Position numbers and translations under genes: made by a program. Below the pieces are notes generated by a model. The model had not been told where the DNA came from and made no database searches. It worked only from the letters and a program-made list of their open reading frames with translations. 64,000 bases of DNA from Candidatus Krumholzibacteriota bacterium (lineage in GTDB: Bacteria; Krumholzibacteriota; Krumholzibacteriia; JAJRXK01), in assembly GCA_963727455.1 (NCBI GenBank), contig CAVSGG010000003.1:96001-160000 (forward strand). The letters are read 5' to 3'. Each line of letters starts with the position of its first letter. Positions within the stretch are counted from its first letter, which is position 1. Of the stretch, positions 56,623 through 64,000 are shown piece by piece.

Positions 56623-57039
56623 ATGCGCAACAAGATGCTGACTCCCTTTGATGCATTCGATGCCCTCTTTGACGGTCTGGGCCGCTATTCCCTGGCCGAG
56701 GAAGGCGAGACCCTGCTGACGCCCCGCGTCGACATCCACGAGGATGAAGCGGAGTTCATGGTCGAGGTCGACCTTCCGGGCGTCAACAAGGACGACCTGA
56801 AAGTCGAGGTTGAGAACGGCACCCTCATCATCGAGGCCGAACGCAAAGTGAAGCCCACGGCAGAGACCCGCAAGGCCATCCGAATCGAGCGCGTCGCACG
56901 CGCCAGCTACCGCCGCACCTTCTCGTTGGGCGACGAGATTGACGGTGACGCAATCAAGGCCGAACTGCGCGACGGTGTGCTCCAGGTGGTTCTGCCCAAG
57001 CGGGAGAAGGCGCTGCCGAAACGGATCGAGGTCCAGTAA
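56623..57039 (+). CDS. Small heat-shock protein (Hsp20/alpha-crystallin)
   Basis: PRVDIHE, DLPGV, YRRTFSL, AELRDGVLQVVLPK. Confidence 0.95.
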   Translation: MRNKMLTPFDAFDALFDGLGRYSLAEEGETLLTPRVDIHEDEAEFMVEVDLPGVNKDDLKVEVENGTLIIEAERKVKPTAETRKAIRIERVARASYRRTFSLGDEIDGDAIKAELRDGVLQVVLPKREKALPKRIEVQ

Positions 57040-57075
57040 GCGCAAACAAGCTCGCGCTTGGAATCGCTCGGACAT

Positions 57076-57107
57076 GGGGCCCATCCCCTTTGGGGGTGGG
57101 CCCCTTT
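57076..57107 (+). terminator. Intrinsic terminator after hsp20
   Basis: GGGGCCCATCCCC-TTT-GGGGGTGGGCCCC followed by TTT. Confidence 0.65.
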
Positions 57108-57224
57108 CCGTGCTTCCACAGCACGCCGCATTCGGGTGGAACGGAGATTGCCTCGTGGGGGGTGGGGATTGACAGAGCCTTCCCTGCACCCAAAGGACAC
57201 TCGACGCAGCAATGAGGAAGCTTC

Positions 57225-57764
57225 ATGACCGATAGCGCAAGCCTCTACCCGCTCCATTTTGGCGAAGTACTCAACGTTCTCCCTGAATATGAGGAATATC
57301 GCGACGCGGAAAGCTCGTACCGTGGCGAAGCGCCGTTCCGCATGGCGGTGGGCCGCCACGTGAAGGACTGGGGCGAGCGACTTCTGGACCTTTCGGAGTT
57401 TCAAGGCAACCTGCTCCCTCGGCGCGATCTGCGCGTGGTGGACCACATGGTGAGCACGGTGACCGACATCTTCAGCATCCTCAATTGCGGCGGTCAGATT
57501 CGCCGCGTTCCCGTGGCCCCCTCCACTCAGGACGAGCTGCGCGCTTGTGACGCGCGGGTCCTGCGTCTCTTGGAAGAAGAAAGCGAGCTTCTGGACGGGA
57601 TGCATCGCGCCGAATGGGCGGGAGAATGGCTCGAGCACGACGCGCGGGAATTCTACCGCAAGCTGCGCAGGCTCAAACGGGAGCTTCTCGACCGCAATCT
57701 GCTGCTCGGCCTCCGCGGCGCGGCCAGACGCGATCGCGAGCAGCCCGGTCTCGAGCTGTTCTAG
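57225..57764 (+). CDS. Hypothetical helical protein
   Basis: RBS GAGGA; 179-aa ORF between co-oriented genes. Confidence 0.6.
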   Translation: MTDSASLYPLHFGEVLNVLPEYEEYRDAESSYRGEAPFRMAVGRHVKDWGERLLDLSEFQGNLLPRRDLRVVDHMVSTVTDIFSILNCGGQIRRVPVAPSTQDELRACDARVLRLLEEESELLDGMHRAEWAGEWLEHDAREFYRKLRRLKRELLDRNLLLGLRGAARRDREQPGLELF

Positions 57765-57821
57765 CCCGAGCAGAATCCGGTGCTTTCCGTCCGCCTATCT
57801 TCGTTGTAGTTTCTGTCCATC

Positions 57822-59096
57822 ATGAAGGCCCCTTTCATCCTGCGCCTGGCCGCTTCCATCCTTCTCGGCGTGAGCCTCCTGTTCGGCGGCGCGAGTCTGG
57901 CGACCGCCCAGAATCCTTTCTTGAAAGAGCAAGCTCCGCGGGTCATCAAGAAGATCGAAATCACCGGCAACACCACGACGAAGGAATACGTGCTGCGGCG
58001 AGAGCTCGGATTTCAAGAAGGCGATGTCTACGACGACGACGCGCTGAACGACGCCTGGTTCCGGCTGGAGCAACTGAATTTCATCGCATACGTGGACATC
58101 CAAGTCGAGCGCAACGGGCCGGGCGAAGTCGTCCTGAAGATCCAGGTCGAGGAGGACAATCGATTCGACTGGCGGCCCTACTTGCGCTGGGAACGGCGCT
58201 TCGACTGGCTCTATGGACTCTCAGGACAGATGATCAATTTCCGGGGCCGCGCGGAGAGCCTGTGGGCGCGAGCGTACGCGGGACACAAGCAACACCTCTC
58301 CCTCGGCTGGCAGAACCCCTGGATTTTGGGGAGAACGCACCTGGGAGTGGGCGTGAGCGCTTATTACGAACGATACCGCTTCGTCTATCTCCCCTTCCGT
58401 TTCGAGGACGCCGGCGGCAGCGTGGACCTCTGGCACGCACTGACCAAAAATCTGAAGGCAGAGAGCAACTACACCTACCGGGGCGTCAAGATCAGTAATT
58501 CCGGTTCGTCCTTGGTCGATGGAAGCATCACCGATCCCTATCTGAGGGCCGGTCTGGACTACGACAGTCGCGATCTCCGCTATTATCCCAGCCACGGCGT
58601 TCACGCGCGCGCGATGGCCACGCTCGGCGCGCTGGGCTCGGGGGACCTTTCGAGCTATTCCTACTTCGATCTCTCCTTGGCCGGATACCAGGCGGTTCCC
58701 CACCTGGGCATTCTCGCCTCCCGGGTGAGCTACCGCGGTACCGGGGACAGCTTGCCCGTCTACGAACGCAGCTATTTGGGCGGGCCCGACAACATCCGTG
58801 GCGTCGATTTTTCCAGCGTACGCGGTGACGAGAATTTCTTGGCCACCATCGAACTGCGTCGACCCGTCTTTCTCGTGCCCTTACGCGAAGGAAGGGCGGT
58901 GGGCCTGGGATTCCACGCTTTCGTCGACTGGGGTACCGCTTGGGAAGCCGCGCAGAGCATCGGTGACGCGGACATGCGCCATTCGGGGGGGATTGGCCTT
59001 CACCTCAATCTGAACACCTACAATCTGCGCTTCGAATGGGCGTTCAGCGATCACGACGGCAACAGCTTCATCTTCGCTGATCGATTCACCTTCTGA
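57822..59096 (+). CDS. Omp85/BamA-TamA family outer-membrane protein (single POTRA)
   Basis: IEITGNTTTKEYVLRREL, INFRGR, YDSRD..YPSHG, LGGPDNIRG, FVDWG, C-terminal F. Confidence 0.85.
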   Translation: MKAPFILRLAASILLGVSLLFGGASLATAQNPFLKEQAPRVIKKIEITGNTTTKEYVLRRELGFQEGDVYDDDALNDAWFRLEQLNFIAYVDIQVERNGPGEVVLKIQVEEDNRFDWRPYLRWERRFDWLYGLSGQMINFRGRAESLWARAYAGHKQHLSLGWQNPWILGRTHLGVGVSAYYERYRFVYLPFRFEDAGGSVDLWHALTKNLKAESNYTYRGVKISNSGSSLVDGSITDPYLRAGLDYDSRDLRYYPSHGVHARAMATLGALGSGDLSSYSYFDLSLAGYQAVPHLGILASRVSYRGTGDSLPVYERSYLGGPDNIRGVDFSSVRGDENFLATIELRRPVFLVPLREGRAVGLGFHAFVDWGTAWEAAQSIGDADMRHSGGIGLHLNLNTYNLRFEWAFSDHDGNSFIFADRFTF

Positions 59097-59135
59097 TTCT
59101 GGCGATCCTTCCCTCGACCGAAAGGAGGTGCGGGC

Positions 59136-60191
59136 ATGAGCGAGGCCGAGCGAATCCGCCTCACCCAGTACGCCGGCGCCGCCGGTTGAGCCGCCAAGAT
59201 GAGCCCGGAGGATCTGGGCTCGATCTTGGAGGGTCTGGTCGAATTGGATGAAGATCCAAGAGTATTGGTGGGCTTTGAGTCCGCCGACGACGCCGGAGTC
59301 TATCGCCTGGACGACGAGCGCGCGTTGGTGTTTACCGTCGATTTGATCACGCCCATCGTGAACGATCCGCGCGATTTCGGACGCATCGCCGCCGCGAACT
59401 CGATCAGCGACATCTACGCCATGGGCGCAAAACCTCTCATGGCGCTGAACGTGTCCGGCTTCGAGCCCAAACTGCCCGCGCGTATCTACCGCGAGATCCT
59501 CCAGGGCGCGCGAGAAGTGACCCGAGAGGCCGGCGTGGTGATCCTCGGCGGTCACACCATCAAGGACAAGGAGATCAAGTACGGTCTGGCCGTGGTCGGA
59601 GAGGTGCATCCCGCGAAGTTCCTGCGCAACACCGGGGCCAAAGAGGGAGACGCTCTCTTGCTCAGCAAGGCCCTGGGAACCTCCGCCCTGGCTACCGCTT
59701 TCAAGAACGGCGCCTTCGACGAATCCGATTCACGCTACGGTGCCATGGTCTCCTCCATGACCCGGCTCAATCGGGAGGCGAGCGAGCTGGCTCAGGAGTA
59801 TCACGCCCGCGCGCTCACTGACGTCACCGGTTTCGGTCTGAGTGGGCACATGCTGGAAATGCTCAGCGGAAGCGAACTCAGTTTCGAGATCCGGTTGAGT
59901 GCGCTCCCGGTGCTCGAAGGCGCGCTGGAGATGCTGGAGGCGGGCTACACTTGCGGCGGCGGGGAAGCCAACCGCAAACGCGCCCTGGAAAAGATGGAAC
60001 TGCCCGAGAAAATCGAACTACCTCAGGAGTATCTTTTGCACGACCCGCAAACTTCCGGCGGTCTACTCATGGCGCTCCCCAAAAATGAAGCTTCCAAAGT
60101 CCTCACCCGCCTCAAGGCAAGCGGGCACGCGGCTGCCATCGTGGGCGAGGTCGGCGGCCCCGCCGAGCGCCCACTGCGCGTCCTGCCCTGA
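59136..60191 (+). CDS. selD: Selenide, water dikinase (selenophosphate synthetase), Sec-containing (Sec18 at TGA 59187-59189)
   Basis: RBS AAGGAGG; MSEAERIRLTQYAGAAG-TGA-AAKMSP in frame with ORF 59199; DDAGVY, AAANSISDIYAMG, GGHTI, TDVTGFGL, DPQTSGGLL. Confidence 0.95.
59194..59229 (+). promoter_or_regulatory. SECIS-like hairpin of selD
   Basis: CCAAGAU GAGCCCGGA-GGA-UCUGGGCUC G AUCUUGG; G-initiated loop 20 nt after the UGA. Confidence 0.8.
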
Positions 60192-60511
60192 GCCGCGACA
60201 TTTCGCAAAACGGGTCAAACGATTGAAAGATCTTCCTCATTTCATGAATGAGAAGCATATGGACCGCTTGCGTGAGGAGTGGAGGGCAGTTATCTCTTGC
60301 ACAGGCTCCCACATTTCGCCGCGCCGTCATTCAGATGGCGCGGTGATCTCACTGTTTTGAATTGATCGGAGTGTTGTTTCGAAGAATCTGAACCTTGGAA
60401 CGCTGTGACAATTGGGCTCTCACACCGAACCAAGCTCGTCTCTTTGTGCTCCCATCAAAATGTGGGCGAGTCTGCCGAAATGAATGACCATCGTCATGGA
60501 TTGGAGTCGCA

Positions 60512-61453
60512 ATGGCCGAACGAATCGCCGTCTACGTTGACGGTGCGAATGCATATTTTGCCCAGAAAGAAGCACTGAACTGGTGGATCGACTGGCCCTC
60601 CTTTCTGGAGTGGGTCCAGCGGGACAAGGAACTCGTCAGTGCCCGCTGGTATCAGTCCTACCGCCGCGCCCCCGAGCCCGAGCAGGAGCGCTTCCTGCAC
60701 CATCTCACCATCGTCGGTTACGCGGTGCGCAAAAAAGTCCTCAAATCGATCTACGACCGGGAAACCGGCCAGAATTCGGTGAAGGGAAATCTGAACATCG
60801 AACTCGTGATCGATGCACTGACCGATGCGCCACACTACGACACCATTCTGCTCGTCACGGGTGACAGCGATTTCGTTCCCCTCGTGGAGGCTCTGCGCTC
60901 GCGGGGAAAGCGCGTCCTGGTGGCCGCCACGCAACAAAACGTCGCCGTCGACCTGAGGCAGGCCATCGGCGTCAACTACATCGATCTCGGCGACTTGCGA
61001 GACGAGATCGAAAGCGACAAACGACCTCCCGATCGCAGCGAGAGATTCGAAGACTCCGGCCGCGCTTCGAGCCGCAGCTTCGATTCTCAGGCGGAAGATT
61101 TCGCCGGCGAGCCCAACGGAAACGTGAGACTTCCAGAAGATGATTACAAGGTGACGTCCATTCTGGATCCACACCCACCGAGCGCCCCCAACCAGGACAT
61201 CGTTCTGCCCCAGGAGGGCGAGATCGTTCGCTGCACCGTGCAGTCGGTCAAGAAATACGGGATCTTTCTCGATCTCCACGAAAACGTGAAAACTCTGCTG
61301 CACGTGAAGGACATGAACCGGGGCTACGTTGCCGACGCGGGCCAATACTACCGCGTGGGCCAAGAAGTCCCGGTGCAAGTAGTGGGAATCGATTGGGAAC
61401 GTCAACCACCGGAAGTGCGCGTGCAGGTCGTGACGCCCGAGATGGAGTACTAG
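60512..61453 (+). CDS. NYN (LabA/DUF88) domain protein fused to C-terminal S1 RNA-binding domain
   Basis: VYVDGAN, LVTGDSDFVPLV..GKRV; S1: GEIVRCTVQSVKKYGIFLDL..LLHVKDM..VGQEVPVQVVGID. Confidence 0.88.
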   Translation: MAERIAVYVDGANAYFAQKEALNWWIDWPSFLEWVQRDKELVSARWYQSYRRAPEPEQERFLHHLTIVGYAVRKKVLKSIYDRETGQNSVKGNLNIELVIDALTDAPHYDTILLVTGDSDFVPLVEALRSRGKRVLVAATQQNVAVDLRQAIGVNYIDLGDLRDEIESDKRPPDRSERFEDSGRASSRSFDSQAEDFAGEPNGNVRLPEDDYKVTSILDPHPPSAPNQDIVLPQEGEIVRCTVQSVKKYGIFLDLHENVKTLLHVKDMNRGYVADAGQYYRVGQEVPVQVVGIDWERQPPEVRVQVVTPEMEY

Positions 61454-62343
61454 CCCCCTAGCGGAGCGAAACGATACCCGACGATCTTGAATGCCAGTTT
61501 GGCCGCGGTCTGTTCGTTGACGCGGGTCGAAGGCACGGGAACCGTTTCACAGACATCGGCTCCCAAAAGATCTCCTTTGCTTTCGACGATGAGCGCGCGC
61601 AAGACGGAGATGGTTTTCTCCCAGTTCAGGCCGCCCGGTTGCGGCGTGCCGGTTCCAGGGCATAAAGAGCAGTCGAGCCCGTCCACGTCGATGGTGAGGT
61701 GGATCGGTCCGGCCAACTTCCGTAGTCTCTCCAGGAGTTCCTCGAAGCGCTCTGCTCGACCGAGTTCGTGGTCATAGAAGGTCTCGATGCGAGGGTCTTC
61801 GCGCGCCAGTTCATACTCGCCCTTTTCTGCGCTGCGGATCCCTATGGCCAGAAGTTTCTTTACCCCGAGATCGAGCACGCGCCGCATCGCGCAGGCGTGG
61901 TTGAAGCGGCTTCCCTGATATTCCTCTCGCAAATCGGCGTGCGCGTCGATTTGTACCACCGTCACCTCCGATGGCTGCTTGAGGATTCCCTTGAGGAGCG
62001 CCGCGGTGACCGAGTGCTCACCACCCAATCCCAGATAAAAGGGTGGCGCCAGTCCGTAGCCCGCGCAGACCCGCGTGACCCGGTTGAGGTAAGCCTCCAC
62101 CCTTTCGTCCTCGTCGGCCACGATCGCGGGAAGCACGCAGTATCGGATACTCCCTTCGTGTTCGAAGTCCAGTTCTTCGTCAAAAGTCTCCAGATGCAAG
62201 CTCGCGCGCAGAATTGCATCCGGCGCCGCTGCGGTTCCCTTCCCGTAACTGACCGTGCCCTCGTACGGCGCGCGAATGACCGCGACTTCCGCTTCGTCCA
62301 GAGTGGAATTGGGGAGCTCCAGGAAAGTGAGGGGAGTTTCCAT
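61450..62343 (-). CDS. speB: Agmatinase (ureohydrolase family)
   Basis: GGEHSV, DAHADLR, IDVDGLD, PGTGTPQPGG. Confidence 0.9.
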   Translation of the reverse strand: METPLTFLELPNSTLDEAEVAVIRAPYEGTVSYGKGTAAAPDAILRASLHLETFDEELDFEHEGSIRYCVLPAIVADEDERVEAYLNRVTRVCAGYGLAPPFYLGLGGEHSVTAALLKGILKQPSEVTVVQIDAHADLREEYQGSRFNHACAMRRVLDLGVKKLLAIGIRSAEKGEYELAREDPRIETFYDHELGRAERFEELLERLRKLAGPIHLTIDVDGLDCSLCPGTGTPQPGGLNWEKTISVLRALIVESKGDLLGADVCETVPVPSTRVNEQTAAKLAFKIVGYRFAPLGG

Positions 62344-62413
62344 CTTGGTCCCGATTCGCAGGGGTGGTCCCGAATTCTTGGTGTCGTTCCCAGCTCAGAG
62401 GGTGGTCCCGAAC

Positions 62414-64000
62414 TCAGAGAGACTCCACCGAACGCATGAAACCGTCCACCAATTTCGCCATACGGTTTTCGGCGCGTTTCATCGTGGCCTTCAGCTCTTC
62501 CTCCTGCGGGACGGATTCGATGAGTTCGAAATAGAACTTGATCTTGGGCTCGGTTCCGCTGGGCCGCAAAAGAATCCGCGAATCGTCGCTCAGATAGAAG
62601 GCCAGGACGTTGGCGCGGGGAATCTCCCCGCGGGCCACGGATATGTTCTTCCCCTCGCGAAGAACTCGCGACTCGCCGCTGAGGTAGTCGTGGATCACGC
62701 TGACATCGAATTCGTCTCCGAAACTCTGTGGTGAATTTTGCCGCAGACTTTCCATGATGGAAGTGATTCGCGCGGCGCCTCTCTCTCCCGGCATGGTCAA
62801 ACTTTTTTGAAGGGTGAGGTGTAGGCCGAACCGCCGGTAAATCTCCTCCAGTACCTGCAGCACACTGCGGTCGTGTGCCCGATAGAAGCTCGTGAGTTCC
62901 GCGAAGAGGAGAGCAGCCGAAATCCCATCCTTGTCCGCGGTCACCATGCCCACCGAGTAACCCAGGGCCTCCTCGTAGCCCAGGAGCAGCTCCTCCCCCT
63001 TCTCGCGCCGGTGTCTCTGCGAAGCATTGGCAATCCACTTGAAGCCGGTGAGCGTTTCGTCGTACGCCGCGCCGCTGGCCTGCGCCATGGAGGAGAGCAA
63101 ACGCGAGGAGACGATGGTCGTCATGAGCAGAGGCTTGCAGTCGGCGGGCAAGTTCTCGCTGAGAAGATAGTGGGCGAGGATGGCCCCCACCTGGTCTCCG
63201 CTGAGCATGCGATATTCGCCCTGCTCATCGGGCACCGCCACCGCCAGCCTATCGGCGTCCGGATCGTTGGCAAGCACGAGGTCGGCATTCGTCTTTTTCG
63301 CCAAGTCCAGAGACAAATCCATCGCGCCTTCCTCTTCGGGGTTGGGAAAGCGCACCGTGGGAAAGTTCCCGTCCGGTTCGAACTGAGGCTCGACGAGATG
63401 GAGTGGCGCATACTCCGCGCGTCGGAAGAGTTCGACCACCGAAGCTCCGCCGACTCCATGCAGGGGAGTGTAGACGATCGAGAGTTCGCTCTTCTGCTCC
63501 GGGTGACGGCGCAAACGCAAAATGTCATCCAGATAATCTTCGAAGATCTTCTCGTCGATGTCTTTCACCAAACCGGCTCGCCGGGCATCCTCCATCACCG
63601 CGAGGGGAACCTCTTGAAGGCTCTCGATCTCGTCGATCTTGGCCGCAATCCCCTTGTCGTGGGGAGGAATGATCTGTGCCCCATTTCCCCAATACACCTT
63701 GTAGCCGTTGTACTCGGGGGGATTGTGGCTGGCGGTGACCATGACTCCGGCCGCCGCGCCCAGCGCGCGCACGGCGACAGCCACCAAAGGAGTGGGCGAA
63801 AGCCGCAAGAAGAAGTGGACGGTGATTCCCAGTCCGGCCAGGACCTCGGCCGCATCTAGCGCGAACTCGTCCGAAAGCTGCCGTCCGTCGTATCCCACCA
63901 CCACGCCGCGGGTGCGGGCATCCGGCACCTCTTCCAAGAGATAGCGACCGAGGCCGCAGCTCACGCGACGCACCAGGGCGCGATTCATCCGTCCCGGCCC
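62414..64000 (-). CDS. Phosphoglucomutase/phosphomannomutase family (5' end outside the window)
   Basis: TASHNP, NDPDADR, GYEEALG, RPSGTEPKIK. Confidence 0.93.
   Translation of the reverse strand, partial: GPGRMNRALVRRVSCGLGRYLLEEVPDARTRGVVVGYDGRQLSDEFALDAAEVLAGLGITVHFFLRLSPTPLVAVAVRALGAAAGVMVTASHNPPEYNGYKVYWGNGAQIIPPHDKGIAAKIDEIESLQEVPLAVMEDARRAGLVKDIDEKIFEDYLDDILRLRRHPEQKSELSIVYTPLHGVGGASVVELFRRAEYAPLHLVEPQFEPDGNFPTVRFPNPEEEGAMDLSLDLAKKTNADLVLANDPDADRLAVAVPDEQGEYRMLSGDQVGAILAHYLLSENLPADCKPLLMTTIVSSRLLSSMAQASGAAYDETLTGFKWIANASQRHRREKGEELLLGYEEALGYSVGMVTADKDGISAALLFAELTSFYRAHDRSVLQVLEEIYRRFGLHLTLQKSLTMPGERGAARITSIMESLRQNSPQSFGDEFDVSVIHDYLSGESRVLREGKNISVARGEIPRANVLAFYLSDDSRILLRPSGTEPKIKFYFELIESVPQEEELKATMKRAENRMAKLVDGFMRSVESL

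Noticed and set aside
60403-60425. TGTGA...TCACA as a CRP site
   Set aside because: Spacer is 11 nt rather than the 6 nt required for a canonical CRP box.

Overview
GC-rich (by eye about 60-65%) bacterial chromosomal segment. The gene set (PorV-like barrel, TonB-dependent receptor, many secreted proteins with FlgD-Ig/T9SS-like C-terminal tails) points to an FCB-group lineage such as Krumholzibacteriota/Latescibacterota; this is inference. The strongest hidden signal is selenocysteine recoding that the ORF track misses. Two minus-strand ORFs (2242-2634 and 1093-2172) are one reading frame separated by a single in-frame TGA (GEG-U-GG) that is followed by a SECIS-like hairpin. Together they give a 452-aa lipoprotein multiheme cytochrome c with Sec70, 9 CXXCH and 2 atypical heme motifs. 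It lies in an apparent operon between a TetR regulator and an unannotated tandem-rhodanese lipoprotein, suggesting a cell-envelope sulfur/selenium redox module. The window also carries selD with its own in-frame TGA (GUAAK) and SECIS-like hairpin, independent support for Sec decoding in this genome. Other content: a purine nucleoside salvage operon; a lipoprotein-TBDR-PorV-NHL module; an ECF sigma/anti-sigma locus with a 29-bp tandem repeat; a lower-GC island of four paralogous secreted beta-propeller proteins (A-B-B'-A') between an IS110 remnant and an HNH nuclease; an S9 peptidase; a CHAT-like pseudo-protease; an ADP-forming acyl-CoA ligase; an OB-fold secreted protein; two Omp85 genes; Hsp20; a NYN-S1 fusion; agmatinase; and a phosphohexomutase. 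No tRNA, rRNA or CRISPR array was seen. All family calls are from motif recognition by eye, not from database searches.
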